NCBI GenBank assembly: GCA_013316435.1
Contig: WSMR01000001.1
Coordinates: forward strand, 1 to 45,325
Origin: Candidatus Saccharimonadota bacterium
Lineage (GTDB): Bacteria > Patescibacteriota > Saccharimonadia > Saccharimonadales > Saccharimonadaceae
Length of the DNA: 45,325 nt
Reading direction: 5' to 3'
The translations under genes were made by a program, and so were the position numbers. This document shows positions 9,683 through 18,401 of this stretch, piece after piece (position 1 is the stretch's first letter; each line of letters begins with the position of its first letter). The notes under the pieces are model-generated. The model was not told the origin of the DNA. It made no database searches and worked only from the letters and a program-made list of their open reading frames with translations.

Positions 9683-10348
9683 ATGAACTGGACAATTATC
9701 GTAGTTGAAGGGTTAATGACGGCGATTATTGGCGGCGTTCTACATTTTACTTATGAATTATTCCACCGTAATAAATTTGTTGCACTGTTTTCAGCTGTCA
9801 ATGAGAGCACCTGGGAACATATTAAACTGGCTCTTTCGGGGATTTTCTTTTGTACGCTAATTGATATTTGGATTTTTGGCGACAATCCGAACTATTGGCT
9901 GGCGCGGAGCTGTTCGCTCATTATGCCGATTTTGGTAATTCCGGCTTTTTTCTATTGCTATCGAATCGTGACTGGGCTAAAATCTTTTCTTCCGCTTGAC
10001 ATTGCGATCTTCGTGCTGGCTTCATTTCTAAGTTCGATTGTTTTTGCCATGCTACTAGACGCTCCAAAGGTTGGATTGGTCACGGAGTTAGCTTCAATTG
10101 CGCTTGCAATTTTGATTCTAACCTTATATTTATTATTGACGCGTTTTCCGCTGCATCATGTTTTTCTGTTTGAAGATCCAATTACCGGTGGATACGGTTA
10201 TGAAGCTGTGGCTACACATCGGGAACGTCGGCAGATTCGCAAAATTCAGAAAGCAAAACAAAATCCTAGACTAAAACCGGGCGAAAAATATCTCACGCTC
10301 GACCAAATCCCCGAAGCAAAGCGCGTTCGTCGGAAAAATAAAAGATAG
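9683..10348 (+). CDS. membrane protein (DUF6512-like)
   Basis: LHFTYE and NESTWEHIKL motifs, several TM segments, TGATATAAT upstream. Confidence 0.65.
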   Translation: MNWTIIVVEGLMTAIIGGVLHFTYELFHRNKFVALFSAVNESTWEHIKLALSGIFFCTLIDIWIFGDNPNYWLARSCSLIMPILVIPAFFYCYRIVTGLKSFLPLDIAIFVLASFLSSIVFAMLLDAPKVGLVTELASIALAILILTLYLLLTRFPLHHVFLFEDPITGGYGYEAVATHRERRQIRKIQKAKQNPRLKPGEKYLTLDQIPEAKRVRRKNKR

Positions 10349-10376
10349 TAATAGGAGTTGACTACTTATTATCGCT

Positions 10377-11414
10377 CTACGCTTTGTCCCAGTCAAAACC
10401 TTCGCCAAAATGACCATAGCGTGCGGTTTTGGCATAAATTGGGCGCTTTAGGTCGAGATAATTAATAATTCCCTGCGGAGTAAGGTCATAACCGGAAATC
10501 TTACCATGATTATCTGTTGGAGTTGCACCGGGCTTTAGTGGGATTTGCTCACTGGTACCGTCAATGATGACTGTACGTTCAAGCGGATCGGCATGACCGA
10601 TTGCATAAGCCAGCCGCACAAAAACTTCGTTAGCCTTGCGTGCTCGTAGAAAGTCTACGGCAATTCGTCGCGCCATATAAGCTGCGCTGCGATCGACCTT
10701 GGATGGGTCTTTGCCAGAAAATGCACCGCCCCCAATTGGAATGCGCGGACCATAATTATCGACCGCAAGTTTGCGTCCAGTCAGACCAGTATCCGCCTTG
10801 AAGCCACCCTGGTGCCATTCTCCAGCAGGGTTGAGGTGGAGTTCTGGACTGCCATTAAGCTGGTTTTGGCCAATGAATTCTTCAACTAGTTCGCGTAACT
10901 CACGATCGGTGGAATTTTGGAAACTTGCCACGATGGAATCAAGCTCAAAATCGCCGCTATCTAGTAATTTTAGAGTTACTTGCGTTTTGCCATCAAAGGG
11001 AAACTTTTGATAAATATGCTGATTGAGTCGGCGCGATAAAATCACTTCGCGCGGCATCAGCTCGCTGGTCTCGCTCGTCGCATAACCAATCATAATCCCC
11101 TGATCGCCAGCTCCGCCTAGATCTACGCCACCTGCAATTTCCGGGCTTTGCTTGACTAAATTTACATGAATCTCCATGTTGTCACCTGCAATTTCATGCG
11201 CGATTGATTCAATATCAATATCATTTGTAGTTGAGGTAACTTCACCAACAATGTAGACGATGCCGTGTCCGCCACATGTTTCGACGGCGACACGCGCGTT
11301 TGAATCCTGCTTAAGGTAACTATCAAGAATTGCGTCAGAAATTTGGTCACAAATTTTATCGGGGTGCCGAGGGGAGACGCTTTCGGCGGTGCGGTATGTT
11401 GTGTAATTTTCCAT
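10377..11414 (-). CDS. metK: S-adenosylmethionine synthetase
   Basis: ESVS..HPDKICDQISD, GAGDQG, GGGAFSGKDPSKVDRSAAY. Confidence 0.97.
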   Translation of the reverse strand: MENYTTYRTAESVSPRHPDKICDQISDAILDSYLKQDSNARVAVETCGGHGIVYIVGEVTSTTNDIDIESIAHEIAGDNMEIHVNLVKQSPEIAGGVDLGGAGDQGIMIGYATSETSELMPREVILSRRLNQHIYQKFPFDGKTQVTLKLLDSGDFELDSIVASFQNSTDRELRELVEEFIGQNQLNGSPELHLNPAGEWHQGGFKADTGLTGRKLAVDNYGPRIPIGGGAFSGKDPSKVDRSAAYMARRIAVDFLRARKANEVFVRLAYAIGHADPLERTVIIDGTSEQIPLKPGATPTDNHGKISGYDLTPQGIINYLDLKRPIYAKTARYGHFGEGFDWDKA

Positions 11415-11462
11415 AAGTATATTATATCATGCGAATTATTGCGCGGGAACATAGGCATACTT

Positions 11463-11676
11463 CTCTCCTCTCACCTCCCGACGCAGCGAAGAGCGAAACC
11501 GTAGCCACGACTGACGTTATACTGAGGGTTGACACTGGAGCTATTGAAGTACAGGCCGTATGCACCCGTTCCGGAGCCTGCTGTACGAGACCAGTAGCGG
11601 CCGTTTGACCCCTCACCGCCCAGCGAGCCTGAATCGTAGGAGTAGAGGCCAGGGTAGACAAAATCAAGAGGAGACT
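11463..11676 (-). repeat. variable-repeat-like cassette A3
   Basis: Startless frame 11674-11471: SPLDFVYPGLYSYDSGSLGGEGSNGRYWSRTAGSGTGAYGLYFNSSSVNPQYNVSRGYGFALRCVGR*; same ends as A1/A2/A4. Confidence 0.9.
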
Positions 11677-11677
11677 A

Positions 11678-11885
11678 CCTCTCACCCCTCCCGTACCACA
11701 CAGCGAACGGCAAAACCGTACCCGCGGTAATGAGAATCTAATGGGTTTACATACGTTAAATATGTAACTAAGAAATGGCTATATTCTGCAGACCCTACTA
11801 TAGGCGACCACCAGTAGCCGGCTGTATCACGTTCTATAATGCCACCGTTTGAACGGTAATATCCGCCCGTACGGAGAAAGTTGAG
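11678..11885 (-). repeat. variable-repeat-like cassette B1 (divergent core)
   Basis: LNFLRTGGYYRSNGGIIERDTAGYWWSPIVGSAEYSHFLVTYLTYVNPLDSHYRGYGFAVRCVVREG*; only the end arms match other B copies at DNA level. Confidence 0.85.
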
Positions 11886-12032
11886 AAAGCTGTTTTTGCC
11901 TACAAACTTATGCTTGTAATTTTTCTTTAATTCGCTGTATACTAGGGGGCTCGTGTTACCTTGTTGCAGCAAGGGCGAAAAGTACTATTTTAGACCTGTT
12001 TTGCGTCGGTACATGAAGTATACTATGGTCTA

Positions 12033-12296
12033 GGACAGCAGGGCGAGGTTCGCCGCTCATGGTAGAAAACTTTAACAGTGGGGAGAAAGTTAAAGATAGT
12101 GGGTATAGCATTAACTATACGCGTAGGTAAACTACGTATAAGAATTATTCTAGGCAAAGCCTAGAATAAAACAACAAACTATCTACATCCTATCACGCTG
12201 ACCGCAGGGAGTCAAGACCTTAGGCCGACGACCTCGCGGTCGTCGGCCACCTGCGGAGTCGTAAGCGTTAGTGGCGTAGACTAAGTCCTGTTGTTC
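12033..12296 (+). ncRNA. candidate structured ncRNA, family not recognised
   Basis: 12-bp closing stem 12033-12044/12285-12296 with G-U pairs, at least 5 internal helices, TATACT -10-like box at 12019-12024, no ORF in the track. Confidence 0.55.
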
Positions 12297-12344
12297 GCTT
12301 GAAAGATTGTCTAGAATGAGCATTAAGAATGAGTGATAAGATAT

Positions 12345-12559
12345 CCTCTCAACTTTCTCCGTACGGGCTTCTACGAGCGCTCGGATGGCTACATCTTCGG
12401 ACGCGTCACCTATGGCTACTGGTGGTCTACTACTGCTGGCTCTGCTACAAACGGTCGCTACTTGGGTACGGACCCGACGGGTGTCGACCCTCAGTGTAAC
12501 TATTACCGCGGGCGCGGTTTTGCCGTTCGCTGTGTGGTACGGGAGGGGTGAGAGAGGAG
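12345..12559 (+). repeat. variable-repeat-like cassette B2
   Basis: PLNFLRTGFYERSDGYIFGRVTYGYWWSTTAGSATNGRYLGTDPTGVDPQCNYYRGRGFAVRCVVREG*; 12351-12547 is the exact reverse complement of 26794-26990. Confidence 0.9.
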
Positions 12560-12601
12560 TAGTCGGAAGGAGGTATGGGCTTTAGCCTATTTCTGCTTCT
12601 T

Positions 12602-12905
12602 GTCTGTCCAAAGGGTTTCACCCTCCCTACCTCTTCCGACTACTCCTCTCTCACTACCACCTACCACATTACAAGTAACTCTACTGGTTCTACTAAGCTC
12701 AGACAGTCTCCTCTTGATTTTGTCTACACTGGCTACTACGGTTACTCTGGTGGTTCGCTGGACTATGAGGGGTCGTTCGGCCTCTACTGGTCGCGTACCG
12801 CTGGCTCGGGTTCGAGTGCATACGACCTGTACTTCAATATCTCCAGTGTCGACCCTCAGGATCGCGACAATCGTGGCCACGGTTTCGCTCTTCGCTGCGT
12901 CGGGA
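12602..12905 (+). repeat. extended cassette A2 (Fib_succ_major domain fragment)
   Basis: VCPKGFTLPTSSDYSSL...SPLDFVYTG...GFALRCVG; CP.G..LPT is the Fib_succ_major motif; the AGGTGA end is lost. Confidence 0.9.
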
Positions 12906-12940
12906 TGGAGTGGAGTAAAACTGCGTGCTATAATATATTT

Positions 12941-13759
12941 ATGGCATTTGCAAAGCAAAATTTCGACTTCTCGTATTGGAAAAAACAAACTTCCCCACTT
13001 TTTGCGGATTTAGCTTGGAACATCCCTGAGCAAAAAAACGGTCGCGTCGGTATAATTGGTGGAAACGCGGGCGGATTTCATGGCGTAATGAAACTTGCCG
13101 AATCGTTGACCAACGATTTTCCACTTAGAGCCGTTGATATCTTACTGCCGGACGCCCTGCGAGGCAAAGTACCGTCACTGCCGAGTCTTGAATTCGCGCC
13201 TTCGACCGAGAGCGGATCTTTCGCTAAATCTACAGAACTAAGCCAGGCTTGCCTAGCGGATGATTTGACGGTGTTAGCTGGCGATTTCTCTCGAAATTCT
13301 GCTACTGCGGCAGCCTTGTCGAACGCTATTCGAGAAGCGATAGAAAATGGTGTTGCTAGCCCTCTACTAGTCATGCGCGATAGTGTAGATTTATTATCTG
13401 CTGATGCCTCAATCCTCCTAGGACACCCAAAGTTGATTTTGATTGCCTCAATGGCGCAGCTGCAGAGGATTTTTCGTGCGGTTTACTACCCGCGGATGCT
13501 GATGCTATCTCAGTCACTGGTGGTGGCGGTTGAAACTCTGCATAAATTCACCTTGAGCTATCCTGCTACGATTTTGACTTTTCATGAACAGCAAATCATT
13601 GTCGCCGAGGGCGGTCAAATCGTTTCAACGCCGCTCGAAAAGACAAAATACTCCGTGCTGGAGCTTTGGTCTGGTGGCTTAGCAGCCAAAGTGGCGGGCT
13701 ACAACCTCTATAATCCCGGTCAATCATTCAAAGCCACAGCTGCCGCAATTCTTGCTTAA
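12941..13759 (+). CDS. YjeF-C / NAD(P)H-hydrate dehydratase-like (ribokinase-fold) protein
   Basis: G.V.IIGGN..GF motif; TGCTATAAT lies 6 nt before ATG 12941, so this start is preferred over 12575. Confidence 0.6.
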   Translation: MAFAKQNFDFSYWKKQTSPLFADLAWNIPEQKNGRVGIIGGNAGGFHGVMKLAESLTNDFPLRAVDILLPDALRGKVPSLPSLEFAPSTESGSFAKSTELSQACLADDLTVLAGDFSRNSATAAALSNAIREAIENGVASPLLVMRDSVDLLSADASILLGHPKLILIASMAQLQRIFRAVYYPRMLMLSQSLVVAVETLHKFTLSYPATILTFHEQQIIVAEGGQIVSTPLEKTKYSVLELWSGGLAAKVAGYNLYNPGQSFKATAAAILA

Positions 13760-13874
13760 AAATGACCGCTGTTTGAGACGACGCCGCTTCTTGCTGAACC
13801 CATTGACTTTTTTCGCTAAGTGTGCTATAATGGAATTATAGGCTGATTCTCGTCCAAGCAAAGGGGGTTGTAAT

Positions 13875-14462
13875 ATGGGAAAAAGATTGTACATTTTGGC
13901 AGATGTGTTAACTGCAATTAGGGGTGTTTTGGCGTTTGCTATTTGGCTAATTGCCGGTTTAGTGGTATTGTTTGACTCGGCCGCTTCGGTTTGGAACTCG
14001 CCCGATATCGTGATTTGGCTGTTTGTGATTGGCGAACTGTGTGATGCTTTTGATGGTATTTGCGCTCGCCGTTGGCATTATCCGGATGATGGGAAGAAAC
14101 GCTGGTGGCGTGAGAATGCTTCGGTACTTGATCAAGTGACGGACATTTTTCTAATCACGGCGACCGCTATGTATCTAGGCGTAAGACTTGGTCGTTTCGA
14201 TCTGTTGATGCTCGGAGGTATCGTCGCGCTCTTTTGCATTATAGTTGAGGGCTTAAAATTTCACTATTATTCGAAGCGGTTAATCTTGCTCCGGCGCTAT
14301 ATATACTTAGCCTGCATAGTCTTGGCACTGTTCACTTTGCTGTTCGCAACATCATGGAACGGGTTAGCTAAAGGCGTGGCTATAGCAGCAATATCTATCG
14401 TCGGAATATTCCTGATGATAATCAAGCGTAACCGCTTAACCCAAGACGTTACCAAGTTGTGA
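13875..14462 (+). CDS. CDP-alcohol phosphatidyltransferase family protein
   Basis: AD.LT..R, D.FDG..AR, LD...D motifs, hydrophobic. Confidence 0.8.
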   Translation: MGKRLYILADVLTAIRGVLAFAIWLIAGLVVLFDSAASVWNSPDIVIWLFVIGELCDAFDGICARRWHYPDDGKKRWWRENASVLDQVTDIFLITATAMYLGVRLGRFDLLMLGGIVALFCIIVEGLKFHYYSKRLILLRRYIYLACIVLALFTLLFATSWNGLAKGVAIAAISIVGIFLMIIKRNRLTQDVTKL

Positions 14463-14473
14463 TTCAGACAAAA

Positions 14474-15724
14474 TCAGAATTCAGCCTCGCGGCCGCTTTG
14501 CGGTCGCATTTTTTTGTGATTTTTGATTGCGAGTTTGTAGGCGCCAAGTAATTTTCCGATTTGGGTGGATTGAGCGGTCTCACCGCGATGTTCCAACATA
14601 ATTTTGCTCATGCGCTCAATGTTTGCCGGTTGGAAATCATTCAATGTCTTAGCAATCGCGTCAACGCTCGGACCATCGGTGAGTAAATATCCATCGCGCG
14701 GTAGATCGCGTGCGAGTTCCGGATCACATAACAAAACTGGTAGCCCAGTTGCTTCAGCCTCAATTAGTACCATGCCCTGCGTGTCAAAATTATAAGATGC
14801 ACAAATACTTAGATGACAACTTCGCATGCGCTCAATAATTACCTCGCGCGGTTTGGCGCCAAAAAATTTGACTTTGAGAGCATATTTTTTGGCGTAATTT
14901 TGAGCTTTTTTAAGATCATTCCCGTCACCATAAACATATAACATATAAGGACGCTTTAGCTTATGCAGCGCGTGCAAAAACGGCATAAAACGCTTTTCGC
15001 TTGAAACGCGCGAGTTCCAAAGCATTTTGAGCACGTCGCCGTCTTGGTACTTGCGCGTGGCAAAATCAGGCTTAGTAAATTCTGTTGGCAGACCGTTTGG
15101 TACCACGACAACGGGCTTATTTACGCCGTAGTGTTCTAGTTTTTGCCCGAAATGCCCGGACGGGACAATAATAGTATCGGCACACTCGGCATGATTAATC
15201 ATCAGTTGCCACATGCGTGCGCGAGCATAATTTGGAGCTTGATAATCGTCGGTTTTGACTTTGATTTCGTGCGGAAGATAATGGCGATGAATTTGTTCTA
15301 GTCCGGTTGAAGTAATTGCCCTTGCGCCCTTTGGCACGTTAACCGCAATTGCCATGTCTTCGCGACCGTGCATAGTTTGGGCAAGTGGCAGATTAAATTC
15401 ATGAGCAAGAAAAATTCCCGCAATACTACAGCTGGCTTCGTAATTAACGTGTACAATATCAAACTTACTAAAATCCGGAAAATGTTCGCGAATATAGGCG
15501 GCAACGGTTTTGGGCCCGCGTGCCATCATTGCACCGTTGACTTTTGGTCGCATAAAAGTCGGCACCAAGAAAACGTTTTGCTCGTCGGTTGTTAGCCCGG
15601 GGCAAAAGACTGTAACTTCGTGACCGAGATTTTCGAGTTCGGTTTTTTGGGCGCGAATTGAAGAGACAATGCCGCCAGTTGCTCCGCCCGGCGTATATAA
15701 ATCGCTAAAAATCGCAATTTTCAT
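14474..15724 (-). CDS. glycosyltransferase family 4
   Basis: MKIAIFSDLY.P..GG, RVSSEK, DTQGMVLIEA.A.GLPV. Confidence 0.88.
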   Translation of the reverse strand: MKIAIFSDLYTPGGATGGIVSSIRAQKTELENLGHEVTVFCPGLTTDEQNVFLVPTFMRPKVNGAMMARGPKTVAAYIREHFPDFSKFDIVHVNYEASCSIAGIFLAHEFNLPLAQTMHGREDMAIAVNVPKGARAITSTGLEQIHRHYLPHEIKVKTDDYQAPNYARARMWQLMINHAECADTIIVPSGHFGQKLEHYGVNKPVVVVPNGLPTEFTKPDFATRKYQDGDVLKMLWNSRVSSEKRFMPFLHALHKLKRPYMLYVYGDGNDLKKAQNYAKKYALKVKFFGAKPREVIIERMRSCHLSICASYNFDTQGMVLIEAEATGLPVLLCDPELARDLPRDGYLLTDGPSVDAIAKTLNDFQPANIERMSKIMLEHRGETAQSTQIGKLLGAYKLAIKNHKKMRPQSGREAEF

Positions 15725-16521
15725 TTGAACTCCAGCTCAATTGAGACCGGGCAGTGATCCGAACCCATAATATAATCATGGATTTCGGCGCTCTCGAGAT
15801 GTGGCAGTAGGTTAGGTGAAATCAAGAAATAATCAATTCGCCAACCGATGTTGCGTTGTCGAGCTTGCGCCCACTGTGCCCACCAACTATATTTCTGCAC
15901 GCCAGGATAAAAATGCCGAAAAGTATCGATAAATCCAGCATTAATCAAATTTCTGATTCCCTGACGCTCTTCCTCGGTGTAGCCAGCATTTTTTTCGTTG
16001 TCTCCTGGGCGAGCTAGATCGACGGCGGTATGAGCAACATTAAAATCACCACAAATAATGACCGGTTTGGTTTTTTCGAGCTCTTTCAAATAAGTAAGCA
16101 AAGCTGGGTCCCAAACTTTTTCCCTTAGCTCTAGCCTTGCAAGGTCGCGTTTGCTGTTTGGCACATAAACATTGACGAGATAAAAAGGCTGAAATTCCAC
16201 AGTTTGGATACGCCCCTCGAGCAACGGATTGCCATGCTTATCGGTATCCCATGCGTAGCTATTTACGATTTCAGGCGGAAATTCAGTCGATACGCTGAGC
16301 GGTTGGAATTTTGTGAAAGTTGCGGTGCCGGAATAGCCTGGGCGCTCGGCACTATTCCAAAGTTCGAGATAGTCCGGAAAGTCAACTTCGACTTGACCGG
16401 GCTTGGTCTTGGTTTCTTGCAGACAAATAATGTCCGGCTGTTCACAATTCAAAAAATCTTGGAAAGTTCCCTTTTTCAAACTTGAGCGTAGCCCGTTAAT
16501 ATTCCAGGAAAAAAGTCGCAT
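15721..16521 (-). CDS. xth: exodeoxyribonuclease III
   Basis: SWNING, LQETK, GDFNVAH, GWRIDY, SDHCP. Confidence 0.95.
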   Translation of the reverse strand: MRLFSWNINGLRSSLKKGTFQDFLNCEQPDIICLQETKTKPGQVEVDFPDYLELWNSAERPGYSGTATFTKFQPLSVSTEFPPEIVNSYAWDTDKHGNPLLEGRIQTVEFQPFYLVNVYVPNSKRDLARLELREKVWDPALLTYLKELEKTKPVIICGDFNVAHTAVDLARPGDNEKNAGYTEEERQGIRNLINAGFIDTFRHFYPGVQKYSWWAQWAQARQRNIGWRIDYFLISPNLLPHLESAEIHDYIMGSDHCPVSIELEFK

Positions 16522-16934
16522 TAATACCTCCCGCGCGCAAGATCGCGCTGCTTTATTGTTTCACGTTTGTCATATTTCTTTTTGCTCTGTCCAGTCGCAA
16601 CTACAAGCTTGATATAGCGCCCACCTGCCAACATTCGCACCGGGACGATTTGCAGACCATCTTGCTTGGCGCGGGCCAGGCTCGCGAGCTGGCGCTTGGT
16701 TACCAGTAGCTTAATATTGCGCATAGTGTCGGCACCCAAGGTGATATTATTGAGCCATAATTCATTGGACTTGATGGTAACAAAACTACCTTTTAGTTGT
16801 GCATGGTGGTCACGAATTAGGCGAACTTCGGCGCCAGTCAAGCACATTCCGCAGACGATTTCTTCAATTAATTGATAATCAAACCGCGCCCGCCGGTTTT
16901 CGACTACCATGTCAGAAGTTCTTGACTTTTTCAT
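16521..16934 (-). CDS. smpB: SsrA-binding protein
   Basis: NRRARFDY, G..L.G.EV, KKKYDKRETIK. Confidence 0.93.
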   Translation of the reverse strand: MKKSRTSDMVVENRRARFDYQLIEEIVCGMCLTGAEVRLIRDHHAQLKGSFVTIKSNELWLNNITLGADTMRNIKLLVTKRQLASLARAKQDGLQIVPVRMLAGGRYIKLVVATGQSKKKYDKRETIKQRDLARGRY

Positions 16935-17007
16935 AATACTATTATAACACGTAGAAGCGTTTTCGGGTATCGTAATTTGGGGATAGACTATGGTATAATA
17001 ATACAGT

Positions 17008-18297
17008 ATGAGAATTGCAATTACGACTGATTTATATTATCCTATGACGAATGGCGTGGCGGTTTTTGCGCATAATCTCGCCAAAGGTTTGGCTAGGCAA
17101 GGTCACGAAGTAATGGTGATTTGCCCGAGTTTTACTGGGAAGGGTCACAAACGGCGCCAGGATGGAGTAAATACAGTTTATCTACGTTCGATGCGCTTTC
17201 CGTTTTATCCCGACCAAATCAACAAGGTTCCCGATCAAAAAGAAATTTTGGGAAAATCTTTGCCGCGACTGGCTTATCGACATGGAATCTGGGTGGCGGT
17301 TGAGCCGTACTTGGCTATGAAAAAGGCGCTTGATCGTTTTCGCCCGGATGTAATTCATAATCAAACCGCCGAGACGATTGCCATTGCTGCGCGCCGTTAT
17401 GCCAAGAAAAAAGACGTGCCAATGGTGAGCACTGGACATGCCTACCCGGACAATATCACTGGTCAGCTCAAAATGTTAAAACCAATTAAGCGTCCGGTTG
17501 ATGCGGCGCTGAGGACTTATATGGCGAGTTTTTTGAAACATTCTGAATATGCAACTATGCCGACCGAGATGGCGATTGGTGATTTAGTGCCAAAGAATCG
17601 TCGCCGTTTCAAGGTGCCGGTTGAGCCACTTTCGAATGGGGTAGACCTATCAGAATTTACGCCAAACAAACCAAAGCTAAAAGTACTCAGGCATTTTCAT
17701 TTACAGGCAAACCGGCCGCGAGTTCTGTATGTTGGTCGAGTGGATCCGGAAAAAAGTATTGGTAATGTCGTAACGGCGTTTGTCGAAATCTTGGCGGAAG
17801 TTCCAAACGCGGAACTGGTAATTGTGGGTGATGGCACCGATCGTAGCCGGCTGCGCGATCTCGTGCAGGGGCTTGGTATGGAAGAATCGGTGAAGTTTTT
17901 GGGTCGAGTAATGTTGCCCGACATTGCAGATATTTACCGCGCTTCGACGGTTTTTGCAACTGCAAGCGAAACCGAAACGCAGGGTATTGTCTTGATCGAG
18001 GCGGCTGCGACGGGCTTGCCGTTAGTGGCGGTAGACGCTGGAGCGGTGGGTGAACTTTGTCAGAATCGTAAAAATGGTATACTATGCCGACCGGGTGATA
18101 CTAGTGCGATGGCTGGGGCGCTTACAAAAATCTTAAAAGACGAGAAATTGCGTGCGAAATATAGCGCGGCTAGTCTCGAAATTGCAAAACAGCACGATCT
18201 AAATCGTACCTTGGCGCGCTTTGTGGAAATTTATCAAGAAGCGGTCGAACTCAAGGGTAAAAAACTCCAAAGTTCGCGCCGGTGGTGGCGTCGTTAA
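17008..18297 (+). CDS. glycosyltransferase family 4
   Basis: TDLYYP..NGV, VGRVDPEK, ETQGIVLIEAAATGLP. Confidence 0.9.
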   Translation: MRIAITTDLYYPMTNGVAVFAHNLAKGLARQGHEVMVICPSFTGKGHKRRQDGVNTVYLRSMRFPFYPDQINKVPDQKEILGKSLPRLAYRHGIWVAVEPYLAMKKALDRFRPDVIHNQTAETIAIAARRYAKKKDVPMVSTGHAYPDNITGQLKMLKPIKRPVDAALRTYMASFLKHSEYATMPTEMAIGDLVPKNRRRFKVPVEPLSNGVDLSEFTPNKPKLKVLRHFHLQANRPRVLYVGRVDPEKSIGNVVTAFVEILAEVPNAELVIVGDGTDRSRLRDLVQGLGMEESVKFLGRVMLPDIADIYRASTVFATASETETQGIVLIEAAATGLPLVAVDAGAVGELCQNRKNGILCRPGDTSAMAGALTKILKDEKLRAKYSAASLEIAKQHDLNRTLARFVEIYQEAVELKGKKLQSSRRWWRR

Positions 18298-18401
18298 AAA
18301 GGCCGCAGAAGTCTTATACAGCGCTGTGGCGCTATATAGCCCTCATGCAGTCCCGACCATTGACATTTCTAGCAATCTATGATACAATAGAAAGATATAC
18401 G

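Noticed and set aside
11415-11470. SAM riboswitch upstream of metK
   Set aside because: The -10 box is 6 nt from the ATG, leaving no leader, and the upstream DNA is cassette A3.
11678-11885. B1 (or any other copy) as the DGR template repeat
   Set aside because: It differs from other copies at many non-A positions and lacks AAC/AAT at most variable codons; no copy has A at all variable columns.
11886-11972. Upstream extensions giving B1, B2 and A4 their own start codons
   Set aside because: The extensions are unrelated to each other and to the domain, use TTG/GTG without a clear RBS, and look fortuitous.
12033-12296. RNase P RNA, tmRNA, SRP RNA or group II intron
   Set aside because: No GAGGAAAGUCC, no tRNA-like ends or tag frame, no SRP GGAA/AGCAG loop, no domain V. 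A divergent member cannot be excluded without a covariance search.
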